A stretch of 64,000 nt of DNA, taken from positions 5,842 to 69,841 of the forward strand of contig JAEEWW010000001.1 in NCBI GenBank assembly GCA_016287815.1. Reading direction: 5' to 3'. The notes below the pieces were generated by a model that saw only the letters and a program-made list of their open reading frames with translations, ran no database searches and was not told the DNA's origin. Numbering within the stretch: position 1 is the first letter of the stretch; every line of letters starts with the position of its first letter. This DNA is from Treponema sp. Its GTDB lineage: Bacteria > Spirochaetota > Spirochaetia > Treponematales > Treponemataceae. Both the position numbers and the translations under genes were made by a program. Positions 42,084 through 52,119 of the stretch are shown piece after piece.

Positions 42084-43532
42084 ATGCAGGATTCAGCAGA
42101 AGCAGTAATAAGTCAGTTTCTCAGAACTTATCCATACCCTTTTACAATAGAAGCCTTGCGGGGATTTATTGAAGAGAGTATTGGAAAAATCTCTTTTGCT
42201 GAATGCAAAGATTTTTTAGCTGATAATCCTTATGTATTTGAACTGAAGCGGGGAATTTTTTTAACCCGCGCAGGAGCTTTTACAAGAAAAAAATTTTCTA
42301 TTAAGCCTACCGCTGAAGAAATTGAAAAAAAAGTTCTTATTATAGGCGACCGCTGCATTCCCTATGCAAACCCGGAAATTGTTTCTTCAACACTGAATTT
42401 TTCTTTTAATGGAAAAAGACTTCCCAAAAAAGTAAGTGAATTTGACAGTTTTTCTGCGATGCAGTTTTTTATGCTTTATGGCGAAGAATACATAAGTCAA
42501 TATATAGCATCAGATCCGGCCAATGAAAACATGGATCTTGTTCAACTTGATTTTGAACTTCCCGCAAAAGTAAGGTTAACAGGGATTTCCCTGGAACCGT
42601 TTATCGAAAAATATGATTTTAAATATGGCGACAGGCTTTTGTGTGAACTTCAGGATTGGGATTCCGGAAGTTTTTCGGTAGAACCGCTGATTTTACACAA
42701 TCATAAAAATAAAATCGATGCTATCGACGTAAGGCGCCAGGAATGGTTTGATCTGCTCGAAAAAATGCTAACGCAGAGTTTTGAACTTTCAGGTCCGCGC
42801 TGCTCAATAGAAGAACAGATTGCAATAGCAACTTTTGCATATCAGGATATGCTTTCTAAAGACTATTGCGGTTCAATTGAAGAATATTTAAAACAGAGTA
42901 AAAAAATTGGATTTGAAAATTACGGTGTAGAAACCCGATTGTGGTTTAAAGGTCAGGATGTTCCGGCGATTGGTGTGTGGAATGAAATTAAAGGTGAAGC
43001 TGTTTCTCTTGTTCCGGAAGAATGGTTTCCGAATTTCAGCCTGATTACTGATATTTTTATAAAAGACTGCTTGTATCAGAAAAAAAATGATTTTTCTGTA
43101 TTTGATGACTATATAAAGAAAATTCCTTTTGATAAGAAAGAAAGAAAACAGATTAATGAACTTATTGAAGTAAGAAAGGCAGATATCAGTGCTGAATATA
43201 ACTGGTTTGCAGACTTTGTTGTTGGCGCTGTACGTCACAGAGCGCTGAATCTTTATAAAAAAGTAACAGATTTACTTACGGATGTAGAGTCTGAAACTTC
43301 TGATGTTCTTACAGGTTATCCGCAGCAGGAACTTGTAATTCTGATGCAGCTTTATATTCATCTTGTAAAAATATTTGAAACTGTTGAAAATCAGGCACAG
43401 TATGTGAATAATGAATCAGAAACAATAATGCTTTCTCTTGAAGGCATGGAATTTAATTTTGAAGATATAAAACCGCTTATTTGTGCTGCCGGTCTAAAAC
43501 AGCAGGGTAAAGGTTTTAAGGTAATAAAATAA
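42084..43532 (+). CDS. Hypothetical cytoplasmic protein
   Basis: 482-aa ORF with coding-like composition; no motif recognised. Confidence 0.8.
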   Translation: MQDSAEAVISQFLRTYPYPFTIEALRGFIEESIGKISFAECKDFLADNPYVFELKRGIFLTRAGAFTRKKFSIKPTAEEIEKKVLIIGDRCIPYANPEIVSSTLNFSFNGKRLPKKVSEFDSFSAMQFFMLYGEEYISQYIASDPANENMDLVQLDFELPAKVRLTGISLEPFIEKYDFKYGDRLLCELQDWDSGSFSVEPLILHNHKNKIDAIDVRRQEWFDLLEKMLTQSFELSGPRCSIEEQIAIATFAYQDMLSKDYCGSIEEYLKQSKKIGFENYGVETRLWFKGQDVPAIGVWNEIKGEAVSLVPEEWFPNFSLITDIFIKDCLYQKKNDFSVFDDYIKKIPFDKKERKQINELIEVRKADISAEYNWFADFVVGAVRHRALNLYKKVTDLLTDVESETSDVLTGYPQQELVILMQLYIHLVKIFETVENQAQYVNNESETIMLSLEGMEFNFEDIKPLICAAGLKQQGKGFKVIK

Positions 43533-43546
43533 AAGTGAGGTAATTT

Positions 43547-45517
43547 ATGAACGAAAAAGGTGTTGCTGCCGTAGCTTTGTCTATTCGTAGTCTGGCAATG
43601 GATGCAATTCAAAAGGCAAAGTCCGGGCATCCTGGAATCGCAATGGGGGCATCTGAATTAGCAGCCTTATTATATGGCGAAATTATGAAACATAATCCTG
43701 CAGATTCAAAATGGGCAGACCGTGACCGGTTTGTACTTTCAGCAGGACATGGTTCCATGCTGCTCTATTCAATTTTGCATTTGGCAGGATATAAGGTATC
43801 TCTGGATGATATAAAAACATTCCGTCAGATTGGTTCAAAATGTGCAGGTCATCCTGAATATGGTTTAACAGACGGTGTTGAATGTACAACTGGCCCGCTC
43901 GGACAGGGCGTTTCTATGGCCGTTGGTATGGCGATTGCAGAAACAATGCTTGCTGCACGCTTCAATACTGCAAAACATACGGTAGTAGATCATTATACAT
44001 ATTCACTGGTTGGAGAAGGCTGTCTTCAGGAAGGTGTTTCTTCTGAAGCGTGCAGTCTTGCAGGACACTTAAAGCTTGGAAAACTGATTGTTTTCTATGA
44101 TGAAAACAGAATAAGTATTGACGGTTGTACAGACATAGCATTTACCGATGATATTCAGAAACGTTACGAAGCATATGGCTGGCAGGTTCTTAAAGGTTCA
44201 ATGTATGATGTAAAGCAGATTCTTAAATTAACGGAAGAAGCAAAGGCTTGCAAAGATAAGCCTACTTTAATCATGCTTAAGTCAATAATCGGTAAAGGTG
44301 CTCCAAATCAAGGAACAGCCGGAGTTCATGGTGCTCCTCTTGGTGAAGAAGGTATTATTGCTGCTAAAAAGAATCTTGGTTTGCCGGAAGATAAGCAGTT
44401 CTATGTAGTACCGGAAGCTTATGAATATTTTGCTTCTAAAAAAGCAGATTTTGCAAAAGCTGAAGAAAACTGGAAAAAGGTTTTCGAAGAATGGTCAAAA
44501 GAAAATCCTGAACTTAGAAAACAGTGGGATGCTGATTTTGCAGGTGTTGCAACTGGCAAAGCCGACGAGCCTATTTACAAAATCGGTGATAAAGATGCAA
44601 CCCGTAATGTAAACCAGAAAATGCTTAATGTTATGGTTCAGCGCTACAAGAGTCTTGTGGGCGGTTCTGCTGACCTTACAGGTTCAAACAAAACAAAACT
44701 GGAAAATGCAGACGGTACATATTCAGCAGAAAACCGCAAAGGCCGCTACCTTGAATACGGAATCCGTGAATTTGCCATGTCTGCGGTATGCTGTGGTATT
44801 ACACTTCATGGCGGTTTAAGAGCTTTTGGCGCTACATTCCTTGTGTTTGTAGATTATCTGCGTGGTTCACTGCGTCTTGCTGCTTTACAGAAAATAAATC
44901 CGATTTACATTCTTACACATGATTCAATTTACGTTGGCGAAGACGGACCTACACATCAGCCTGTAGAAACATTTGCAGGTTTAAGGGCAATTCCTAATGT
45001 TCAGTTCCTGCGTCCGGGTGATCCTGAAGAAACTGTAGTAGCCTGGGAAATGGCAATGGAAAGCAAAGACCATCCGGTTTGTATGGCCTTTACAAGACAG
45101 AATCTTGCAGTGTATGAAAAAGCTGATAAAGACTGGCGTAATACAGCACGCAAAGGTGCTTATGTTGTTCTTGAAGGCTCTGCAAACCCTGAAATTACAA
45201 TTCTTGCAACAGGTTCAGAAGTTAATATGTCTTTGGATGCCGTTAAACTTGTTCCGAATAAAAAGATTCGTGTTGTTTCTGTAACAGATTTAACATTGTT
45301 CGGCAAGCAGGATAAGTCATTCCAGAATAAGATTATTGGCGGTGCAAAACGTGTTGTAACGGCAGAAGCTGGAATCAGCATGGGCTGGGATCGCTATGCT
45401 ACAAGTCACGAAGATATTTTCTGTATTGACCGCTTTGGTGAATCAGGTCCTGCAGAAAAAGTTGCAGAGTATCTTGGCTTTACAGCTGAAAAACTTGCAG
45501 AACTGCTTAAAAAATAG
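43547..45517 (+). CDS. tkt: Transketolase
   Basis: SGHPG, DRFVLSAGH, TGPLGQG, THDSIYVGEDGPTHQP. Confidence 0.98.
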   Translation: MNEKGVAAVALSIRSLAMDAIQKAKSGHPGIAMGASELAALLYGEIMKHNPADSKWADRDRFVLSAGHGSMLLYSILHLAGYKVSLDDIKTFRQIGSKCAGHPEYGLTDGVECTTGPLGQGVSMAVGMAIAETMLAARFNTAKHTVVDHYTYSLVGEGCLQEGVSSEACSLAGHLKLGKLIVFYDENRISIDGCTDIAFTDDIQKRYEAYGWQVLKGSMYDVKQILKLTEEAKACKDKPTLIMLKSIIGKGAPNQGTAGVHGAPLGEEGIIAAKKNLGLPEDKQFYVVPEAYEYFASKKADFAKAEENWKKVFEEWSKENPELRKQWDADFAGVATGKADEPIYKIGDKDATRNVNQKMLNVMVQRYKSLVGGSADLTGSNKTKLENADGTYSAENRKGRYLEYGIREFAMSAVCCGITLHGGLRAFGATFLVFVDYLRGSLRLAALQKINPIYILTHDSIYVGEDGPTHQPVETFAGLRAIPNVQFLRPGDPEETVVAWEMAMESKDHPVCMAFTRQNLAVYEKADKDWRNTARKGAYVVLEGSANPEITILATGSEVNMSLDAVKLVPNKKIRVVSVTDLTLFGKQDKSFQNKIIGGAKRVVTAEAGISMGWDRYATSHEDIFCIDRFGESGPAEKVAEYLGFTAEKLAELLKK

Positions 45518-45559
45518 CGCTGCTCATAGTTATCATTGTTGAACACAATATAATGTTAT

Positions 45560-45592
45560 AAACCGTCCTTTATTACAAGGGCGGTTTTTTTA
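45560..45592 (+). terminator. Terminator after tkt
   Basis: AAACCGTCCTT/AAGGGCGGTTT stem plus T-run. Confidence 0.75.
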
Positions 45593-45691
45593 TGTAAATG
45601 GCTGTCCAGCAAGTATGTAGTATAGTGGCATTCTGAACTAGCAGGAAATTTTGCAGCGAATTGACCGTTTGTATGAAAATATCAGTGTAAT

Positions 45692-46681
45692 TTAGCTGTT
45701 GCTTGATTTTTTTGAGCGGTCAGAAAAATATGCAAAAACTCCAAGTAAGATACCGCTTGCAATCATTGTAAGACACAGAATCTGGCCTGTAGAAAGATTT
45801 AAGAATGAAGTGTTTAAATATAGCGGTGCATCGGAATTTACTGCGAATCTATAGCCTAAATCGCTGTCAGGTTCGCGGAAGTATTCGATAAAGAAACGGA
45901 AAATTCCGTAGCCTGTTATATAAACTGAAGTTAAAAAACCATTGTACGGCTTTTTTTTGCGCAGGTTCCAGATAATAAGCCATAGAATTACACCTTCAAA
46001 CAGGGCTTCGTAAAGCTGACTCGGATGACGTGGCAAATTAACAAGGTTTGGAAGTGTTTCCGGGTCAAATCCGCATTTTTGAGCAAACTCTGCTACCCAT
46101 GGCAGGGATTTGGAAAATTTCTGGGCTGCAGGGAAAATAATTCCCCATGAAACTGTAGTAATCCTGCCGTAAAGTTCACCATTAAAAAAGTTACCTAAGC
46201 GACCGAATGTATAGCCAAGTGGAAGTGCACAGGACATTGCATCAACCCATTTTAAAATTGATTTATTATTCAGTCTGCACCAGAGACACATTCCAAATAA
46301 TCCGCCTATGAATCCGCCGTGGTACGACATTCCCTGTAAGCCAACAAACTGTCCGTTTGAAGAAAAAGGCCAGAAAATCAGATACGGCTTTTTCCAGTAT
46401 ATACCGCTTGTATCGTAAACCAGGGCTGAAAAAACTCTTGCACCGATAAGAAGAAAAATAATTCCTGTAGAAATAAAACTGAAAATATCATCTTCTGTGC
46501 ATGTATAGTTATATGTGTTTAAGGCACCTTCGTTCATAACTTTTTTGAGCAAAACGAATGCAATGGAAAACGCAACAACATACATAAGCCCGTACCAGCG
46601 TATCACTCCCAATACAGGAATGCCTGGTAAAATTTCCGGATGAATCCAGGAAGGGTAGGCAAGAGAAAGTAAAAAGTTCAT
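45692..46681 (-). CDS. lgt: Prolipoprotein diacylglyceryl transferase
   Basis: RWYGLMY, GMSYHGG, GRLGNFFNGEL, RHPSQLYE, RFFIEYFREPD. Confidence 0.97.
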   Translation of the reverse strand: MNFLLSLAYPSWIHPEILPGIPVLGVIRWYGLMYVVAFSIAFVLLKKVMNEGALNTYNYTCTEDDIFSFISTGIIFLLIGARVFSALVYDTSGIYWKKPYLIFWPFSSNGQFVGLQGMSYHGGFIGGLFGMCLWCRLNNKSILKWVDAMSCALPLGYTFGRLGNFFNGELYGRITTVSWGIIFPAAQKFSKSLPWVAEFAQKCGFDPETLPNLVNLPRHPSQLYEALFEGVILWLIIWNLRKKKPYNGFLTSVYITGYGIFRFFIEYFREPDSDLGYRFAVNSDAPLYLNTSFLNLSTGQILCLTMIASGILLGVFAYFSDRSKKSSNS

Positions 46682-46682
46682 T

Positions 46683-47834
46683 TTAAATTTTAAATCCCTG
46701 ATTTGCAGCTTTCAGTAATTTTGATTTAAGGAGGAGGTTTTCTTTTTTTACCTGAGTAAGTTCATACTGAACTGTTTTAATCATTTCGGTTAACTCACCG
46801 GTAGAGAAAGTTCCACTGCCAACTAAATCCTGAAGGCTCTGCATTTTTAATGCATAATCTTCTTCTGCTTCTTCGCTTATAACGTCAAAGGATGCGGCTG
46901 TATCTGCTTCTATATCTGAAGCGATTCCCAAATCATAGCTCTGAGTTTCTGAAGCAATTATTTTTTCTGCAATTCTGTAAATTCCCTGTGAAATAATTGT
47001 TTTTGGTTTGTAAACAATTACAGGAAGTCTTGAAGAAAGAGCTTTGTCCTGGTAAGCATCGCGGTACATGACGCCCATATATTCAACATTTAATCCAAGA
47101 TACTGATTGCATGAACGGCGTATTTTTAAAGCCTTATCCGTATCTTTAGGATCATCAATCATGTTTATAATAAGCCGCGGGCAGAATTTCTGTATACGCT
47201 CTTTTAAAACTGCTGTTGTTTTAGGACTAACTTTTTCAAGTTCTTCAATCAATTTCGGGATATAAAGACGCTGCATGGACTGAGAAGTTTTTTTAAGGTT
47301 TTTCAGCCAGTTTTTGCCTTTTGGATCGTCTTTAAATGTTGTGCTTATAAGTTTAAACACGGCATTCTTTAAGAAAAGGTAAGCATTTAATGTTGAAGTA
47401 ACAGTTGGAGCGGAAACAATAAGTCCCTGCGATGAAAGAAGGAACATTTCAAGAATTATGGAATGTGTTCCGGCTCCAAGGTCAAGAATAACATAGTCTG
47501 CATCTATACTTTGAAGCTTCTGCACAAGTTTTTTCTTTCGCTCGGCAGATAAGGCCGAAAGCCCTGGAATTTCACTATCGCCGGCTATAAAATCGACATT
47601 TTCATAGTCAGTAATCGTAACAATGTCTTCAAAATCGGTGTTGTCGGCTATCCATGTACCGATTCCCGTTTTAGGAGAACTTTGTCCGAGAACAAGATGA
47701 AGATTTGACGCGCCTAAATCAAGGTCAACAAGAACTACTTTTTTTCCTGCCTGTCCCAACGCTATAGCTAAGTTTGCAGATAAAAGGCTTTTTCCAACAC
47801 CGCCTTTTCCGCTCGCAACAGGTATAATTTGCAT
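46683..47834 (-). CDS. MinD/FlhG-family P-loop ATPase with C-terminal extension
   Basis: Deviant Walker A SGKGGVGKS, DLDLGASN, ILDLGAG. Confidence 0.85.
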   Translation of the reverse strand: MQIIPVASGKGGVGKSLLSANLAIALGQAGKKVVLVDLDLGASNLHLVLGQSSPKTGIGTWIADNTDFEDIVTITDYENVDFIAGDSEIPGLSALSAERKKKLVQKLQSIDADYVILDLGAGTHSIILEMFLLSSQGLIVSAPTVTSTLNAYLFLKNAVFKLISTTFKDDPKGKNWLKNLKKTSQSMQRLYIPKLIEELEKVSPKTTAVLKERIQKFCPRLIINMIDDPKDTDKALKIRRSCNQYLGLNVEYMGVMYRDAYQDKALSSRLPVIVYKPKTIISQGIYRIAEKIIASETQSYDLGIASDIEADTAASFDVISEEAEEDYALKMQSLQDLVGSGTFSTGELTEMIKTVQYELTQVKKENLLLKSKLLKAANQGFKI

Positions 47835-47897
47835 GAAATAATTATACCATAAGACCCTTGCCTTGACAAATCCTTATCTGAAATTAAAATGACAATT

Positions 47898-49415
47898 ATG
47901 AATAAAAAATCTTTGCATCGTCTGCTCGTTGGCAGTTGTTTCGTTCTTTCTTTTCTTTTGGTTTCTCAGTGTTTTGCACAGTCTTCTTCGGCTACAGCAG
48001 CGGAAGCTTCTTCCGAGGATAGCAAGAAAAACTCTATACAATATTATTCAAAAATATTGGGCGGCGTACTTGATTTTGCCAATAAATTCTATGTAGATGA
48101 AATAGATCCTAAAGTTTTGTATGAAGGTGCAATGAAGGGCATGATGGAAGCTCTTGGAGATCCTCATACAATATACATGGAATCTGCAACCTTTAAAGAT
48201 TTAACATATACAACTTCAGGCAGTTTTGGCGGCATCGGCGTAACAATAACAAAAAATCCTGTTAATACACCGGAAAAACCTGCTTATGTAGAAGTTATGT
48301 CGCCTATAGAAGACATGCCGGCCGCAGTTGCAGGCGTTCAGGCAGGCGATTTTATTATTGAAGTTGACGGCGTTTCTACACCGGAACTTACTATGAATGA
48401 AGTTCTTTTTAAACTGCGCGGAAAAGTAGGAACAAAAGTAGAATTGACTTTCCTTCGCGGTGCTAATTTAAAATTTACAAGAACTTTAACGCGCACCCTT
48501 ATAGAGCTTCCGACTGTAAAATCAGCAATGATAAATTCAACCGGATATATCAGAATAATTGAATTTACGCCTGATACAGCAAAACGTTTTCAGGAAGCTC
48601 TTTCAGATTTTAAGAAAAAGAATTTTACAGGACTTATAATAGATTTGAGAAATAATCCTGGCGGACTTTTAACGGCTGCTGTTGATGTTGCTGATAAATT
48701 TATAGATTCCGGCGTAATTGTTTCTACAAAAGGAAGAATTGCTGCGCAGAATTCTGAACATAAGGCAAGCTGGATAAAGACAACAATGCCAAAAAACATT
48801 CCGATTGTCGTAATTGTAAATAAAGGTTCTGCCAGTGCATCTGAAATTCTTGCCGGAGCATTAAAAGATAATCATCTTGCATACATAATCGGTCAGAATA
48901 CCTATGGAAAAGGTTCTGTACAGCAGATGATTCCACTTAGTGATACAGACGGATTTAAACTGACTATAGCACGTTATTATTCTCCGTCAGATTCAAATAT
49001 TGATAAGATAGGTATTCCACCGGATCTGGAAGTTACATATCCTGCATTTACAGAGGAACAGGAAAAGAATTTTGCAAAGCTTATGGAAGAAGATGCAATC
49101 CATAAATATGTAGAAGCTCATCCCGATATGGAAGAAAAAGATATTGCCGCAGCTGCAGAAGAGTTAAACAAAACGTATCCGTTTGATTTGCGCACATTGC
49201 GCCGCTTTATCCGTGTTGAAGTAAACCACCAGAAGCACGATGTTTCTGAAGTATATGATTTAGACTACGATATTCAGCTTAATAAGGCTTTGGAGATAAT
49301 AAAAACAGAAGATTTTAACACGCTGCTTAAAAATGCCAAAACATTAAAAGAGCTTGAAAATGAGCGGCTTGAAAAAGAAGCGTTAAAAGCACAGGAAACT
49401 AACGACAAAAAATGA
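47898..49415 (+). CDS. ctpA: Carboxyl-terminal processing protease (S41, PDZ)
   Basis: FGGIG PDZ, IIDLRNNPGG, SASASE, GKGSVQ; start probably ATG 47898 because TTGACA-16-TAAAAT overlaps ATG 47889. Confidence 0.93.
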   Translation: MNKKSLHRLLVGSCFVLSFLLVSQCFAQSSSATAAEASSEDSKKNSIQYYSKILGGVLDFANKFYVDEIDPKVLYEGAMKGMMEALGDPHTIYMESATFKDLTYTTSGSFGGIGVTITKNPVNTPEKPAYVEVMSPIEDMPAAVAGVQAGDFIIEVDGVSTPELTMNEVLFKLRGKVGTKVELTFLRGANLKFTRTLTRTLIELPTVKSAMINSTGYIRIIEFTPDTAKRFQEALSDFKKKNFTGLIIDLRNNPGGLLTAAVDVADKFIDSGVIVSTKGRIAAQNSEHKASWIKTTMPKNIPIVVIVNKGSASASEILAGALKDNHLAYIIGQNTYGKGSVQQMIPLSDTDGFKLTIARYYSPSDSNIDKIGIPPDLEVTYPAFTEEQEKNFAKLMEEDAIHKYVEAHPDMEEKDIAAAAEELNKTYPFDLRTLRRFIRVEVNHQKHDVSEVYDLDYDIQLNKALEIIKTEDFNTLLKNAKTLKELENERLEKEALKAQETNDKK

Positions 49416-50230
49416 GGCAGTTTATAGCTGAAAGTTTTCCAGATTCTCGAGGCATTTTACGGCTTAAAGGTAAAGATTACAGATACTTTAAGCAGGTGCT
49501 GCGGATGAAAACCGGTGATATGATTGCCGTCCGCCTGCCGGATGGGAGACTGCAAAACATGACTGTTTGTACTGTAGAAGAAAAAGAGCGCTGTATTGAA
49601 CTGCAAATTTGTGCTGAATCTTCTTTTGGCGGAAATGGCGAAAAAAATAAGATACAAAGTATTACCCGTGGAACTCAGGCAGAAAATGTTTCCGGCGTAA
49701 ACATTAATTTCTGGCTTTTTCAGTTTGCTGCAAAAAGTTCTAAAATGGATTTGATCATCCGGCAGGCGGTTGAATGCGGAATTTCAAAAATTATACCTGT
49801 AATTGGCGAATATTCTCAAAAGGAAAACTGTAAAAACAGTCCTGCAAGAACGGCTCGCATAGAAAGAATCATAAAAGAAGCAAGGCAGCAAAGCGGTTCG
49901 CCAGTAGAAACAGTCTGTATGGAACCTGTTACGCTTGAAAAGGCTGTTTCTCTTTGGAAAGAACAGAATTTTCAAGATTCCCTTGCTGTAGCACTTTATG
50001 AGCGCACTGATGACACAAAAGAATTGAATTCTTTGTTAAGTGGTGATACAAATGTAAAAAACGTAGGAATTGCTGTTGGTTGTGAAGGAGGAATAAGTCC
50101 TTCTGAAATAGAATTCCTTAAGGCAAACGGGTTTTTGCCGATTCATTTTGAAACGAATATTCTGCGTTGTGAAACAGCCGCTTTGTATGGTATTGCGGCA
50201 ATTCAAACGCTTATATTAGGAAAAAAGTAA
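49412..50230 (+). CDS. rsmE: 16S rRNA m3U1498 methyltransferase
   Basis: QVLRM, EAR.QSG, VGCEGG, ILRCETAA. Confidence 0.92.
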   Translation: MRQFIAESFPDSRGILRLKGKDYRYFKQVLRMKTGDMIAVRLPDGRLQNMTVCTVEEKERCIELQICAESSFGGNGEKNKIQSITRGTQAENVSGVNINFWLFQFAAKSSKMDLIIRQAVECGISKIIPVIGEYSQKENCKNSPARTARIERIIKEARQQSGSPVETVCMEPVTLEKAVSLWKEQNFQDSLAVALYERTDDTKELNSLLSGDTNVKNVGIAVGCEGGISPSEIEFLKANGFLPIHFETNILRCETAALYGIAAIQTLILGKK

Positions 50231-50970
50231 TGGCAGTACAAAGAATAGAAGTTTTAGGTGTTCCTGTTGATGTTTGTCCTATTGAAGATTTGGAATCAGA
50301 AGTTCTTGAACTTCTTGCAAAGCCTGGTACAAAACAGATTATTTTTCTTTCAATATGGAATTTACTGAAAGCAAGAGGGCATAATGACTATGCCGAATGC
50401 CTGAAAAATGCTGATTTAATAATTCCTGTATCAAAAAGCATTTTGCGTGCAGCAAAGTTTTTAAGGCTCCCTGTTCCGGCTCGATACAATCCTTTTTATG
50501 CAATGATAAACCTGTTTTCTATTCTTGAAATGCATTATAAGTCGCTTTATTTGTTTGGCGGTTATAAAAAGCAGCTTCAGGTTGCAGAAAAAAACGTACG
50601 TTCAACTTTCCCGAAATTACAGATTGTAGGTCGTTATGTAGGCAAGTATCCTGCAGAAGTTGAAAAAGATGTAATATCTGCCATTTTTAAAGCTTCTCCT
50701 TCATTGGTTCTGCTTTCCGGCGGAATAAGGGAAAAAGATGTCTGGTCTTACCGCAGACGTAACCGGTTTTCTTCCAGTATCTTCCTGTATTACAAGGATG
50801 CTATTGGAATTCTTTCTAAACGTGTAAAAAGAGTAAACGACAAAACCTTTGATAAAGGACTGGAAATTATTCCTGAAATTTTACACAACCCATTTAAATT
50901 GTTTCTTGCATTTCCGTATCTATGGTTTACAATACTGTTAGTTTGGGCTCGTTTGCGCCAAAAAAAATAA
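50230..50970 (+). CDS. WecB/TagA/CpsF family glycosyltransferase
   Basis: LGVPVD, LKNADLIIP, LYLFGG, PKLQIVG. Confidence 0.82.
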   Translation: MAVQRIEVLGVPVDVCPIEDLESEVLELLAKPGTKQIIFLSIWNLLKARGHNDYAECLKNADLIIPVSKSILRAAKFLRLPVPARYNPFYAMINLFSILEMHYKSLYLFGGYKKQLQVAEKNVRSTFPKLQIVGRYVGKYPAEVEKDVISAIFKASPSLVLLSGGIREKDVWSYRRRNRFSSSIFLYYKDAIGILSKRVKRVNDKTFDKGLEIIPEILHNPFKLFLAFPYLWFTILLVWARLRQKK

Positions 50971-50988
50971 TAACAGAAAAGTATTGAA

Positions 50989-52119
50989 ATGATTCCTAAA
51001 ATTGTTTTACCTTCTGAAATTGATGTTTATTCTGAACGACCTGAGATTTTGGACTTTTTTAAAAAACAGCAATTTTCTGGAACACGCGTTTCTTTTTTCA
51101 AAAAGTATTCGCTGAGATTTGAAAATCTAAAAACGCTGGCCGATAATTCGGTCTTTGTTGATCCTAAAGTTACCAGTCTTGAAACTGAGCCTTTTGAGTT
51201 TTTAGAAACAAAATATGTTTCGGGCAAAATGCATTTTATTATGCCGCAGGAAGAAGTTCTTGATTTTCTGCACGTTACGCATTTGCCGGAAACAGCCGTT
51301 ATCCCTGTTCCGTGCGACGGGGATGTTTTTAAGCAGCGGCGAAAGAAAATCACCCTTTTTTGTGATGAGCAAAAATTAAAAAATAATTTGAATGTACTTT
51401 CTGGGATAGCCGGAAGTTCAGATTCTACCAAGATTTTAAAATCTAAGTTGATTTTAGCTTCTGAATCTGAACTTCCGGTTTTGCTTTTAGGCGAAAGTGG
51501 AACTGGAAAAAGTTATGCAGCTTCTTTTATTCATAGACTTTCTAACCGCAGAAAGAAATCTTACAAGGAAATCGATATCGGGACTGTTGCTGAAAATCTT
51601 GCAGAAAGCGAATTGTTCGGTTCTTCTTACGGGGCATTTACCGGAGCTGTAAACAATAAAGGCCTTCTGCTGGAATCTGATGGTGGTACTTTGTTTATTG
51701 ATGAAATAGGCAATGCCTCTCTTGCGATGCAGGCAAAACTTTTGCGTTTTGTGGAAACCGGGAAAATACGTGCGGTCGGCAGCTCTGTTGAAAAGCAGAT
51801 AAATACAAGACTTATTTTTGCAACTAACGGAAATCTTTCGTCAATGGTAAAGCAGAATTTATTCCGTGCGGATTTTTACAACCGCATAAATGTTTTTACT
51901 ATTGAGTTTGAGCCATTGCGGGAACATGCGGAAGACATAAGCGAAATAGCACAGGCATTCCTGGCAGAAAAATCATATACAATAACTTCCGGGGCAATTT
52001 CGCTGCTTGAATCTTACAATTGGCCTGGGAATATCCGTGAATTACAGAATTGTCTTGACCGTGCGATGCTTTTTTGTCAGGGTAAATGCATTGATGAGCA
52101 GGATATTACTTTTGGTTAG
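50989..52119 (+). CDS. Sigma-54 interaction domain (bEBP) ATPase
   Basis: LLLGESGTGKS, ELFG..GAFTGA, TLFIDEIG, YNWPGNIRELQN. Confidence 0.9.
   Translation: MIPKIVLPSEIDVYSERPEILDFFKKQQFSGTRVSFFKKYSLRFENLKTLADNSVFVDPKVTSLETEPFEFLETKYVSGKMHFIMPQEEVLDFLHVTHLPETAVIPVPCDGDVFKQRRKKITLFCDEQKLKNNLNVLSGIAGSSDSTKILKSKLILASESELPVLLLGESGTGKSYAASFIHRLSNRRKKSYKEIDIGTVAENLAESELFGSSYGAFTGAVNNKGLLLESDGGTLFIDEIGNASLAMQAKLLRFVETGKIRAVGSSVEKQINTRLIFATNGNLSSMVKQNLFRADFYNRINVFTIEFEPLREHAEDISEIAQAFLAEKSYTITSGAISLLESYNWPGNIRELQNCLDRAMLFCQGKCIDEQDITFG

Noticed and set aside
36298-45592. Three similar terminators (...AAGGGCGG/GAGGCGG stems at 36298, 37676, 45560) as a repeat family
   Set aside because: The similarity is short and expected for GC-rich terminator stems
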